A stretch of 48,001 nt of DNA, filler included, from Dirinaria sp. TL-2023a (taxonomy: Eukaryota), in the NCBI GenBank assembly GCA_051941275.1. It is 2 parts of 2 records of this genome, joined end to end, with 100 filler letters (N's around TTAATTAATTAA, not from the genome) between each part and the next. Parts side by side here need not be neighbours in the genome. Positions count along the whole stretch, not along the records: positions 1 to 23,990 come from JAVEBF010000195.1; 1 more part is not named here. One strand, written 5' to 3'. The notes below the pieces were generated by a model. That model did no database searches. It was given only the letters and a program-made list of their open reading frames with translations, and had not been told where the DNA came from. This document shows positions 12,273 to 23,990 of this stretch, piece after piece. The position numbers were made by a program, and so were the translations under genes. Within the stretch, counting starts at the first letter, position 1, and each line of letters starts with the position of its first letter.

Positions 12273-14466
12273 TCAGTACGTGTACCTGAATCCCTTCTGA
12301 CCAGGCTGTTAGCAGTGGGAGAAAATCTGGTCAGTAGATGGCTTGCAGGACCCACAGTCTGCTCAAGGATTTGCTTGCCCTTGCTCTGCCGGCGATTCGC
12401 GTAGAAGAAATATGCCGTGAAGGCGAGTATGATCGCGAGGATCACGATGTGTGATCTGCGCCTTCGATTAGCCTTTGGTCGACTTTGCATCTCATTAAAG
12501 CATTCACCCTATCGATACCCATATTGCGGTGAGATAGCGTGGGGCCTCTGGCTGGCGCACGATGAAGGCCCCAGCTACGCCGCCCAGCCCGTTACAGGCC
12601 GTAACAGCTGCCTAAAAGCACTGTTCAGCCTAAGCTCTCAATTTCACAGTCACTGACAACCAGGCTTGTACCGCAGTCACAGCGCGCTTCCATTGACCCG
12701 TGATATTGTTCGCTTGATAGCTGTTGAGAGCCGCCCAGTTGGAAACGTACGCCCCCGTTGCAAGGTAGCATCCAACGTAACGCACAGTGACTTGATCTGC
12801 AAAGCCAAGCATCGCAAAGCCAGCAATGAGGCAAAGTGAATTGAACGATATGACGGGTCCTCGGATACGGTATTCTATGATTCGTCAGCAGGGATCACCG
12901 TCAACTGGAGGGCAGCTATGGCTTACTATCGCCAATCCGGGACGACAAGAGGACAGGGATGACTGCGTAGTAATAGGGCTGGAACATGCTCAGTATGAAG
13001 TACATATCGTTTTGCTTGTTGCTCTGCTTACTGGGGCGGACAAAAGTATCGCTTGGTTCTCGCTGAAGCCCATACCGCTCTGTAAGCTTTACTGAGTGTC
13101 AGTTGTATCTACCAGATGATTCTGGGAAAAATGCCCGCAACACTCACATAATTGGCAAGAAATAAGACAAAGCCGTAGAAACGAGATTCTAGCCCAATAT
13201 TAGTTCTAACAAAAATTCTCGAGAGATCACAGTGCCATGCTCTTACAAGCAGGAAGAATGTAGCGGCAAAGCCGTATATCTTAGGATCTAGAAAATGCCT
13301 TAAGACATCTTTCCATCTGAAAGGGGTAGGCTCGCCATCCCCACGGTCATTCTGGATCCGACGAACCACATATGCGCTTTCTGCTTCGCTCATGAAATAG
13401 AAGCTGCGGTGCGCATTTTCCGGGAAGTCGACAATCCAGAAATATGTGGCGATGCCGATTACACACGCCATCTGTGAACGTTAGGTGTTTGATTTAGTAA
13501 TTTGATTTGAATAGATCGCATGGGGTGCATACAACACCCTGTACAAGATACATCCATTGCCAGCCTTTTAAGCCACGGTGTCCCCCCAAATGGTTCAACT
13601 GGTGGACGACTGGTCAGCACGCAGACATGATCCGCATTGACTGGATTCGTACACCATAATTAACAATACCTCCGGTCGCCAGTATGGTGACTTCACCAGT
13701 TTGAAGGAAAGCGAAACGCAATTGTTGTTCCTCTTCCATTTCGTCAGTGGAGCGTAATTCTTTGCGCGTAAGTATACACCACCTCGTTTGTACCAGGTAG
13801 ATATCAGAAATGCGAGGCCTGGAAAAATGCCTGACTGGCGCCTGTTAACAGGGCTTACGTCGCAATTCGTGAGTGCATAAGCCTACCATAGCGATCCCTA
13901 ACAGAACGCGCATCAGGATCATCTGTTTCCATGTGTGGATAAAAGCAGTACACTAGGGTATAATTAGTTGGAGTCCTTAGGAGATAGAATTGGCCTTCCC
14001 ATGCCACAACGGCATAATGGAGCGTCTTTGACCCGGAAAAAAGAAAGAGAGGTTGTGATCACGGAGAAAAGGGAATCCATACTATTGTGATCAATCCAAA
14101 GCAGATGGTAACAAATGCGAAGAAGATGCGTGGTCCCAGAATACGAACAGCGATCGTTGCTGGAAGTTGAAAGCAGACACTAGCTACAGTGAAGATGAGA
14201 ATGGACACAGAATATCGGTTGCCTTGGTCCAGGCCCAAATCCGCGAGCATGCTTGTCACGGAGGCGCTCGAGATGATGCCGCTGTCCAATAGATTGAGAC
14301 TGCAAAGTAGGCCTGCGATAGTGCAAAGTCTTAGGTCCACCTTGAGGCGGATCCTCTTTTCTTCCTCAAGCCTCGTCGCTTCATCTTCGATGTCTCCCTG
14401 CGAGACCAGCGCTGACTTAGGGTTGCCATTGTGAGCCTCCTCAGAGACTGAAGAGCGAGGCGACAT
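12273..14466 (-). CDS. MFS transporter, anion:cation symporter (Dal5/Tna1-like) family; many exons
   Basis: RIRLKVDLRL, LNLLDSG, FQLPATI, WKQMILMRVLLG, STWYKR, GLKGWQWM, TYFWIVDFPE, VRYVGCYL, YQANNITGQWKRA; last mini-exon KGFRYTY with TGA at 12275-12273; substrate cannot be assigned. Confidence 0.9.
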
Positions 14467-15250
14467 CACGCTGCCGGATCGGTATCCAAAATTGATTTGA
14501 CGATGCTATAGATGTGAGATTCGAACGAGTAGAACACATAATCCTTCTCGTCCCACACACCAGGACCTCGGAGAGCCAAAGATCTCTCAAGCCGTTGAGC
14601 TATGAATAGTGACGAGACCGAATACCTCATCCTGCATGGCGACGCGACTCTACCTACCTACCTTAGTAAGGTACTTTAGGTACATTCAGAGACACTGATC
14701 GCAGCGGATTGACATCCCAGCCAGCCCGAATATTTCCGATACATTAGTGCCCGGTGCCGGCTGATGTCGGGCAGTGGGCAGTTCGATGCCAAGAGCCGAC
14801 ACACCGACTTCTTTCACATGCCAGGGAGCCAACTAGCCAAGGCCGCGTAAGAAGTTTTTATTTGCTCTGTTTGCCCGCGTAATCTTAGTACCTCCTTTAA
14901 TGTACTGGATTGTTTTCCCGCTCGAACAGCCTGAAGCTCGACGAGAACGATGAAGTGTATTATTAGTTCTTGATGCTTCCGCATATGCTGCTCATTCCTC
15001 TGGCTTGCGTGTCGAGAGTCCGTGAGAGCAACTTTGGGGCTGCACTCCCTTTGTGCTTCATTTGCTGATGACGAAGATGCCCAACCTGAGTCGGAATCCG
15101 GGTGAAAGGAGCATTATCGCATGTGCATAGCATCAGGTACATTTATGTATAAGTTCCCGACAACTCCACGAGGACCCAATCTTCAGCATGCTGTCCTGTG
15201 CTTTGACTAGATTGCTTTGAGGATTCGTTCAACGCGCTTCATCACCAACC

Positions 15251-16402
15251 ATGGCCTCTCTCATACCACCGCCCAACCTGCAGCATCTCCTTCCACCACT
15301 CCTTGCTTGCTTACCAACAGGAACAGCGTCGCCGAGACCGCCGCCTGCCCTGCTGCCTCTGCTTTCCCCCATTCTACAACAGCGAGTACAGCTTCTCTCT
15401 GCCACCGCTGAAACTCCTACAGAATCATGGCTTCCTCTGTTGTGTTGGGACCAGGGTCCAGCACAAAAGTTGTGTAGCGTAGTAGCTAGCGAAGCATTCG
15501 AACTACATCCTGTTTCTGGAGAGATCGAGTTCGATGAACTGGAACCAGCCCAGTACAGAAAATTGGATGAGGAGACTCTACAAGCAGAGGCGATCGTTCA
15601 TGACCTTGGGTTGGTGGTCGTATATGTATGGTGTCACGGCGACCAGGAAGGTACTGCGGATGGCTGGAAGGTCTCTGAGGTCAGCCCTATTGACCCAAAG
15701 AGTGAACATATGACCGGAGATTGGTGGCCGTCGATTGGGATGGCCCACGAGAGGGCTGGATACGGGACTCAAAGCAGGCAAGCTCAGCACAACTCTGGCG
15801 TCAATGGGGAAATGGTCAACGGAACTAGTTCAGAGGAAGTTAAAGGCGACGATGACGATTATTGGGCACGGTACGATAGGACTCCGGGGAGAACACCTGC
15901 CATTGACCGCCCGCCGAGGCTTGGTGGTGATGATTCTCCAGCGTCAGAGGGAAACGCTGCAGAAGCCGCCTACTTCGACCAGTATTCCCAGGTACAGCCG
16001 GAAATGGACAACGACGACCCCTCACAAGATCGTGAGACTGTGGGCGCATCTTCGCTCAACGGCAATATTCTGGGCTCTATAAACGAAGCAAGAGCTGGCG
16101 GGACTCAACCTGAAGGTCTAGCAGCGACCATGCCCCTACAACCGACTGCTCTTCAAGCACCTGATGCTGGCACGATTCGACCAAGCACCGGGTCGTCAAG
16201 TACATATATGGAGGGTATGCCATCAGAGGAAGACTCGGCGAAGCCGCAAACCAATGCTGAGTTAGCCATAAGGCAGCACGTCAGCACAAGCGTCAAGAGC
16301 TTATTCCGGCTCTGTCGAAGTGCGGGAATCGACCGGCCGGAGTTTGAGGAGTTAATCCAGACAGAGCTCCAGACATTGAGCATGCTGAGCGAAGATGATT
16401 GA
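15251..16402 (+). CDS. Fungal protein of unknown function, 383 aa, single exon
   Basis: Long ATG-initiated ORF with globular N-terminal half, DDDDYWARYD and AAYFDQYSQVQPEMD motifs, helical C-terminus (IRQHVSTSVKSLFRLCRSAGI). Confidence 0.85.
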   Translation: MASLIPPPNLQHLLPPLLACLPTGTASPRPPPALLPLLSPILQQRVQLLSATAETPTESWLPLLCWDQGPAQKLCSVVASEAFELHPVSGEIEFDELEPAQYRKLDEETLQAEAIVHDLGLVVVYVWCHGDQEGTADGWKVSEVSPIDPKSEHMTGDWWPSIGMAHERAGYGTQSRQAQHNSGVNGEMVNGTSSEEVKGDDDDYWARYDRTPGRTPAIDRPPRLGGDDSPASEGNAAEAAYFDQYSQVQPEMDNDDPSQDRETVGASSLNGNILGSINEARAGGTQPEGLAATMPLQPTALQAPDAGTIRPSTGSSSTYMEGMPSEEDSAKPQTNAELAIRQHVSTSVKSLFRLCRSAGIDRPEFEELIQTELQTLSMLSEDD

Positions 16403-17198
16403 CCTCAAAATTGCATACCATAGTGCCGGTGCACGAACGGCCTGACCTGTGCTAGCGGGTAAAGGCAAATTTGGCACCATGAGCAGGTTCTTGTCCATAC
16501 CATCAATGCACCGTATCCCATAGTAGGGACGGGACACGATGTAGATGGAACGGTCTAAGAGCTTTTTTGATGGAGCCAAGTGATGTGTCAGAGCCCAGAG
16601 CCGCAGTAATAAACTTGCGGTTGAAGAGTGAGGATGTCAAATGGGCATTGTGATGTCTACACCTTAGACTATTGCAGCGACGTTCGTTGGGTGTGTTAGA
16701 GACAGAGAGAGTAATGAGGATGCCGATATCTGCTTATTGCATAATCTGGTGAATGTAAATACTGGAGAGAGGCAGGTCTAAAAAATATTGAAATGATAAT
16801 AATGGAAACCGGATGATGGAAGGGCTCGGGTAGAAAGGCTCGAAAGGGTAAGATTTGTGAAAGAAAGGGGTGACAACCCTAGGGCAGCCCTGACAGGCGC
16901 GAATAGGAAACGTGGCACTTCCGAAGTTCAGCCAAAGCTAAAGCGTTGAGTGGAGAGAAAGTAATAAAGTGTGAAGGGGGGAAAAAAAAGAAAAAAATTA
17001 AAGAAAAAAGAAGCTTTGAGCATTTACTACTGTAGACGCGCGACCCCTGTCTGTAAGGAGCGTTAGATACCTTGATTGCCAAGAAGACACGGATTAGCAT
17101 CAGAACCGCCCGCATCGCGTTTTGGCATCGTCAGCTATTGCATACACTTTGCCATTGGCCTATTTCGACTCGAACACTTCAATTTCTGTGATTGCAAG

Positions 17199-17260
17199 GT
17201 AAGCCCACCAAAAGACTCCATTAAGCTCGACTCAAGCTGAAAGGGGTTTTTAGAATACAG
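17199..17260 (+). other. Probable 5'-UTR intron of PMT4
   Basis: AAG|GTAAGC donor at 17199 and TACAG acceptor at 17260, 24 nt before the ATG. Confidence 0.5.
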
Positions 17261-17284
17261 TCCTTACCTCGAGAAGCCGGCATC

Positions 17285-19783
17285 ATGTCCCAGGTGCGAC
17301 AAAGAGGACAGCTTCCAAAGAAACAGTCACCTGCTACCGCTCCCTCAAGGACCGATGATATCGGGGACGGTCTGAAAGAGACGGTGACTTCGGAATGGGA
17401 CTACAAGGCAGCAATCTCGGTCATCACGGTCCTGGGCTTTATCACCAGGTTCTGGGGCATCCAACATCCAAATGAAGTGGTATTCGATGAAGTGCATTTT
17501 GGCAAGGTAGGCATTCTCAGCACGTCAACACCGCTGCACATTTGGGATAACCAACGGGGATTGAGCGAATTGCTGATGCTGGTATGCCCACAGTTCGCCT
17601 CATATTACCTACAGCGGACCTACTTCTTCGATGTTCACCCGCCCTTCGGAAAGCTCCTTTTCGCTCTCATGGGGTGGTTCGTAGGCTATGACGGACATTT
17701 TCTTTTTGACAACATCGGCGATTCGTACATCTCGAATAATGTTCCATACGTGGCTTTCCGTGCTCTGCCCGCCATCCTCGGAGCTTTTACCATACCCGTT
17801 GTCTTTCTGATAATGTGGGAATCAGGCTACTCTTTACCTGCCTGCATAGTTTCTGCTTCGCTCGTGCTTTTCGACAACGCGCACATTGGGCAAACACGGT
17901 TGATCCTCCTCGATGCGACTCTGGTGTTTGCCATGTCGGTCAGCGTCTTGTGTTATGTCCGCTTCTACAAGATGCGGCACGATCCCTTTTCACGCAAATG
18001 GTGGAAGTGGCTTCTTTTGACGGGTGTGGCGATGAGCTGCGTCATTTCTACAAAATATGTCGGAAGTTTCACATTCTTCACTATTGGTTGTGCCGTGGCG
18101 ATCGATCTTTGGGGTCTGCTCGATGTCAACAGAAGAGGAGGCGCACTTAGCCTGCCAACTTTTGGGAAGCACTTCGTTGCCCGGCTTTTCGGTCTCATTG
18201 TTGTCCCCTTTTTCTTTTACCTATTTTGGTTCCAAGTGCATTTTGCTATACTATCACGATCCGGCCCTGGAGATGACTTCATGACGCCCGAGTTCCAGTC
18301 GACCTTGAGCGATAATTTGATGACTTCCTCGGCCGTCGGTATTGATTACTACGATACCATTGCTATTAAGCACAAGGAGACGAAAACCTACCTTCACAGT
18401 CATCCAGACAGATATCCTTTGCGATACGATGATGGCAGAGTATCAAGTCAAGGACAACAAGTCACCGGATACCCGTTCAGCGACGAGAATAATCACTGGC
18501 AGATTCTGCCCATGGATCTCTTGCCTGAGGACGATCAAGTTGGTCACACTATCAAGAATGGGGACATCGTCCGGCTCCGACACCTGGTGACAGACACGTA
18601 TCTCCTGACTCACGATGTTGCTTCACCATATTACCCCACAAACCAGGAGTACACAACGGTTGGCATCGAAGATGCCTACAATGCGCGAGTCAACGATACT
18701 CTATTTGAGATCAAGATCGAGAACGCGAAACAGGGCCAGCAACTCAAGAGCATGTCGGGTCATTTCAAGCTGGTCCATTTCCCCACGCGTGTTGCCATGT
18801 GGACTCACACAACGCCATTGCCCGATTGGGCGTACAAGCAAGCCGAAATCAATGGGAACAAGAACATTCAGCAATCCAGCAATATCTGGTTTGTGGATGA
18901 GATCCCCTCTATACCAGAGGGTAGCCCACGTTTGATCAAAGAGGCCAGGAAAGTGAGGCACGTTCCGTTCCTCAAGAAATACTTCGAGCTCCAGCGAGCA
19001 ATTTTCTTCCACAACAACGCTTTGACCAGCAGCCACCCGTATGCAAGTCAACCAATTCAGTGGCCGTTCCTGCTTCGGGGCGTCAGCTTCTGGACCCAGA
19101 ATGACACGAAGCAGCAAATCTACTTTTTGGGAAATCCCCTTGGTTGGTGGCTCGCAAGCAGCTTACTGGCAGTATTTGCAGGGATCATCGGCGCAGACCA
19201 GCTCTCACTACGTCGGGGCGTCGACAGCTTGGATGGACGTAAGTTGCTTTTTCCCTTTCTACCCTCATCGTCTCAACTGTTGTGCAATGTTGAGCCTTGG
19301 CTTGTAGGCACACGATCCCGCCTATACAACTCGACAGGTTTCTTCTTCCTCTGCTGGGCAGCCCATTACCTTCCCTTCTACCTCATGGGCCGCCAGCTTT
19401 TCCTCCACCACTACCTACCTGCGCACCTCGCATCTGCCCTTGTCACCGGCGCGCTGCTCGAATTCGTCTTCAACCTTGACCCGATCGCCTTGGACGAAGT
19501 AGCCAGCAACAACACCCTCACCGACGGAAAGCCCGGCACGAAGACAGCCAACGCGAAGAAGAACGGTGTCGCTCCAGGCTTTGGCAAGAGGCACATCTCC
19601 GCCCGAGAAAGAATGGGCCAAGGTAGCCTGATGGGGTTGTGGGCGGCATCAGGGGTGGTGCTCGCAGTGGTCATCGGAGGCTGGTGGTTCTTCCTGCCAC
19701 TGACGTATGGCAAGCCGGGGCTCGATCCGGCGCAGGTCAATGCCAGAAAGTGGCTGGGATATGATTTGCATTTTGCGAAATAG
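17285..19783 (+). CDS. PMT4: Dolichyl-phosphate-mannose:protein O-mannosyltransferase, PMT4 subfamily; introns 17507-17593 and 19239-19307
   Basis: VVFDEVHFGK|FASYYLQRTYFFDVHPP, MIR region (YLHSHP...QQVTGY), HPYASQP..WP, RQLFLHHYLP. Confidence 0.95.
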   Translation: MSQVRQRGQLPKKQSPATAPSRTDDIGDGLKETVTSEWDYKAAISVITVLGFITRFWGIQHPNEVVFDEVHFGKVGILSTSTPLHIWDNQRGLSELLMLVCPQFASYYLQRTYFFDVHPPFGKLLFALMGWFVGYDGHFLFDNIGDSYISNNVPYVAFRALPAILGAFTIPVVFLIMWESGYSLPACIVSASLVLFDNAHIGQTRLILLDATLVFAMSVSVLCYVRFYKMRHDPFSRKWWKWLLLTGVAMSCVISTKYVGSFTFFTIGCAVAIDLWGLLDVNRRGGALSLPTFGKHFVARLFGLIVVPFFFYLFWFQVHFAILSRSGPGDDFMTPEFQSTLSDNLMTSSAVGIDYYDTIAIKHKETKTYLHSHPDRYPLRYDDGRVSSQGQQVTGYPFSDENNHWQILPMDLLPEDDQVGHTIKNGDIVRLRHLVTDTYLLTHDVASPYYPTNQEYTTVGIEDAYNARVNDTLFEIKIENAKQGQQLKSMSGHFKLVHFPTRVAMWTHTTPLPDWAYKQAEINGNKNIQQSSNIWFVDEIPSIPEGSPRLIKEARKVRHVPFLKKYFELQRAIFFHNNALTSSHPYASQPIQWPFLLRGVSFWTQNDTKQQIYFLGNPLGWWLASSLLAVFAGIIGADQLSLRRGVDSLDGRKLLFPFLPSSSQLLCNVEPWLVGTRSRLYNSTGFFFLCWAAHYLPFYLMGRQLFLHHYLPAHLASALVTGALLEFVFNLDPIALDEVASNNTLTDGKPGTKTANAKKNGVAPGFGKRHISARERMGQGSLMGLWAASGVVLAVVIGGWWFFLPLTYGKPGLDPAQVNARKWLGYDLHFAK

Positions 19784-21662
19784 GAAGATTATTCGAACGC
19801 GTGTCGTGCCATTAATGGACTAGCTGACGTTCGAAGGATCGGCGCTGCGCAGCCGGCGGGTCTGATTTCAGGAGGGGAAATTGGGAGAAAAAATTGGGTC
19901 TTGAGGCTCCTGGCCCGTAGTAGCGGAAAAATATCAACTGTACCATAGATTAATCAGTCTCCATCATGTTTTGCGCTCGATTCCTCCTCCGAGCTCCCAT
20001 CATGCCTCATGTTTTGGTAAAGGACCTTCTAAAAAGTCTTTTGCAGTCATCTGATCACTTCCTCAACTGTCTCAGTAAATCTTTCACGCTATCTGGACCG
20101 CAATACAAACCTCCATTGAGGATAATATTCCTTTTTTCACTCTCACTGTTTCTCTACAGACTTTTAGAGTAGATTCTGATAAGAGGATACGAGATTAGCA
20201 TGGTATCTTTAATTTTTCTCTGTAAATCATGGGGAAAGGATCACACTGCCGCCACACCCACCTTCACTCTGCTGCCATATCATTCCCCTCACCTATCTAG
20301 GTACGCATCCAGCCCCTTGCTACCTTAGAATTAGATAATTCTATTTCTCTACTCTTAGAGAATGACGAATTCGAAGCGCCAAGAAAAAGAAAAACCAAAG
20401 AATAAAAGAAAATAAGATCACTATGTTATCCTGACTCTGAAATATCGAGATGTGAGGGACACGTTGATTGGAAATCTATGACGCTCTTTTGATAATGGAT
20501 ATATTATCATTATCTCTTTTTCATCGTGGAGTAATATTGAAGGCTATGATATGATCGGTTTACGTTGAGATTTTGTCTGATGAGATCTAGTGAGAAGGAG
20601 GGTGCGTCGCTAGGGGGGGGACGCTGGATAATGATCTTTGCGTGCTGTTGAAAGAGAGAATATGGGGTTAGGGGACTCTATCTTTCGCAGGTAGTATTTT
20701 AGCTTTTTCTGTGATGACTTTAGGTGTTGTTTTCGGATTTAGATGCGGTATGTATGTTTTCCTTCTAGCTGCGCTTGGAATTGGCGGCGGCGTCGGAGTT
20801 AAGTTGGGGGTTTGATTGTATTCTCTCTGCCGTTCGAATAGACGCATATTGGTCTACACTTTGATGGAGATCTTCATATATGAGCTCTACAACACATTCA
20901 GTCATCCCCTACTGACGAACTTCGAAGAGTTTGCCTGAGCGCGCATATCTGCCCATTCGAGCCGCGGGCAGACCTAGGTCTGCGACGATCAGGCCGAGGT
21001 TTTCGATCTGTACTTCAATTTAACACAGATGTGATGCCCGTGAGCATCGTGAAACGAAAAATAAAAAATCGGTACGTTTTTTCTTCCTCTTTGGGTTCAT
21101 TCAGTAGCAGAGACGTTTGAAGTTGATGGATTTGAAAGAGGCAATGCTCTTCATTTTATCGAGAGAGAGTCTCGAGAGAGCCTGCTGGTTTTCGTCTCTG
21201 AGCTCATGCAGCAATAATCTGAGCGATTGGATGGAGTCTGAGCGGTTAGATAAGGGGTAAAGTGGTACCTCAGTATGTCACGGGACTTGTGCGCTATACT
21301 TAGTGAGGCTTAGCCAGTTAGAGGCAGGTCGAGGCATCAGGCTGAAGGTGCGAGGCTTACTCCCTTGTCATGAGCATTTGACTCCGCTGAAGAATACTTG
21401 ACTTTTACTTCCAACCTTGGATATATCTATCAGTACCTCTTTTTACTTGTTGAGTCTCTTTGATCAGGCAGACGGACCCGCAGTGCCTTGTCATGCATCT
21501 TCTACCTGGGCTGCGGATCTATTGTCACAGATAACGATGATGGTTTACACTTTATTTTCATGTTTTTGAGCCAGGCCCCAGGAGAGTCAGGAAGATTATT
21601 CCATTGACAACAGGACATGTAGAAGATCGTTTCAATCACTCTTTTTTTTTTTTTGGAAAGCC

Positions 21663-23990
21663 ATGACTGGTGAAGAGAGGCCGTCGGGGCGGCTTCGAAG
21701 GTTTCTACAGCGCAGACATGTATCCGAGAAGACGCTTTCTCAGCCAGAGTCGCTCCCGCAACGCAAAATATCAACTTCATCTTTGATCAAAGAGAGGCAT
21801 GGAGAGCCTTCCGCCTCTCTAGACGCAAATGCTGGTTTAGTGGAAAGCAGTAATGGTGGCCTATGGGGTGAAGTTTACAATACTTTCGTGGCTTCGGACG
21901 TATCGCCCGACCTAAGAGAAGTTGCGAAGCTTCTTCGAAAAGAAAGTAAAGACGAATTTTCACTAGCTACGAATGACCCAACCGTTCGAGCTAAAGCATC
22001 ACGGGAATGGCATCTCTGCAAGGAAGTATTACGCAGCGCAGAAGCCGGGAAAAATGAACTCAAAAACGGCACCAAAGGACGATTTGCTGACACCTTATCC
22101 CGTTCTTACAACGAAATTATTACCTGGGTACAGAAATTTGTGGCTTTAGGAGATTCTGTATGTCAAATAGATCCTATACATGTTGGACTAGCTTGGGCTG
22201 GGATCCGAGCCATTTTGATAGTAAGTAATCGGCATTACGCTCGAACCTGAAGTCCATTGAAAATGACGAATACGGCAGATCTCTATTCAATCTCTATTCA
22301 TGATCAGCAAACTCGGGCTGAGATCGTGGTAAGAATCGCAAGTCTCGCTAGGCTCATTTGCCGGTATGCTGTGTTTGAGGAGGAATACCTGCAGGACAAG
22401 TCTCTGCTACGAGAATCACTTCTATGCAGACTCGCAGCCGCGCTAAAGACACTCTACATGGCCGTTTTTCGCTATCTTGTGGAGGTCACGCTGTACTTGA
22501 GGCGAACTAAATTAGGCTAGTAGTTGTATCCCATCATGATGAAGTCAAGTTACTAAAGGAAACTAAAGCAAAGCACCTACATGGCATGTTGCTTTCGGAA
22601 CATCTCAGACACCTTTATGACGATGTCAAGAAGAATGAAGAGGAAGTTCTGCGTTATGAGACAATGACTATCAAAGCAAGTAATACTCCCAAACAAGACC
22701 TCTCTAAATGATTTGTGACCGTACTTGTAGCATCTTATACTCAATATGTAGAAGTGCGGCGAAAGCTTTGCACTTATGAAGATTATCTTCGGAGTCAGTA
22801 CCCTGCCATAGACTGGGTCACGTAACAATTTGCTCATAATTAAACTTATAGGCGAAGAACGCAGGGGTGTGTCTAACTGGATATCTAGGATTGACTTCTA
22901 TTCCTATCATCGGGAAATGAAGGCAAGAGTACTTCCTGATACAGGCTGTTGGTTTCAGACTAGTGAACAATTCCAAACTTGGATTGAAAGCGATCAATGC
23001 TCACTGCTATGGCTTCGGGGTAATGGTAGACCGTTTTGACTCCAGAAAGATATGCGCAATACCAATTGACCATGCTATCTAGCCGGAACTGGGAAGACAA
23101 GTCTTGTGTAGGTCTTCTCCAGACCCATAGATGATTTTCTGGCTTACATCGCACGCCAGCTCATGCGTCATCGAGAATTTATTGCAAAGGCCATGCTTAG
23201 ACAGCAACGAAGCTTTGGCTTACTTCTATTGCTCAAGAACGACAAACGACACATTGCAGCGAGATCTGAGAGCGATACTTTTATCTGTCCTTCGCCAACT
23301 CGCATCGCCATTGCCCGACCTTCCACTCAAGCCACCAATCTTGTCGGTATACCAGAGAGAAACAGCCAGAGGCAGCCAAGCAGCGCAGCTGTCAATCGAT
23401 GAAATTATGGATCTGATAATTGACCTTGTGCAGAATCACTATTCGAGAGTGACGCTGGTCTTAGATGCACTTGACGAGTGCGATGTTGGCAGACGCGCGC
23501 AGCTCCTTGACATAATCACGAAGCTAACATACAATCCTCAGTCAATTGTCAAGACACTTGTTTCAAGTCGAAATGATCCCGACATTGAGGGCCACTTCTC
23601 TAAAATCCCAAATCTCCTGATCACCCCAGCAGAGAATGCAGGTGACATAATGACGTTTGTGAGCAAAGAATTAGGCCAACGACTTCTACTGGGCAAAGCC
23701 AGTAAGCAGTTGAGAGAGCGAGTAGAAGACGAACTGAACAGTAAAGCGAACGGGGTTTTTCGTTGGGTCGCTCTTCAGGTTGATGCATTATGCGATCCAG
23801 TTCGTGTTCACAGCGAGAAAGACGTTGAGTACCTCCTATCGAGACTTCCGGAGACCCTTGAGGATACCTACACGGCGGTTGTGGACAGCACAGACACCTT
23901 AGCACCTCCTAGTCGTAATGCATTTACGAACATGATTAGGCTTCTGATGTGCTCGGAGTATCCTATGACAGCTAGACAAGTTCTTGAGGC
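21663..23990 (+). CDS. NACHT-domain NLR-like protein (helical N-terminal domain + NACHT + winged helix), truncated by contig end; probable frameshift at start of exon 2 (candidate pseudogene)
   Basis: DPIHVGLAWAGIRAIL and LICRYAVFEEEY N-terminal motifs; TGCWF; spliced Walker A WLRGNAGTGKT; AYFYC; Walker B LVLDALDEC; LVSSR; ANGVFRWVALQV; LPETLEDTY; six introns traced. Confidence 0.88.

Noticed and set aside
3556..14466. Zn2Cys6 factor, membrane protein and MFS transporter as a secondary-metabolite cluster
   Set aside because: No PKS, NRPS, terpene synthase or tailoring enzyme; interrupted by the housekeeping gene SLA1
14740..14810. GTTCGA-containing GC-rich segment as a tRNA
   Set aside because: Could not fold a cloverleaf; no acceptor stem or matching A-box
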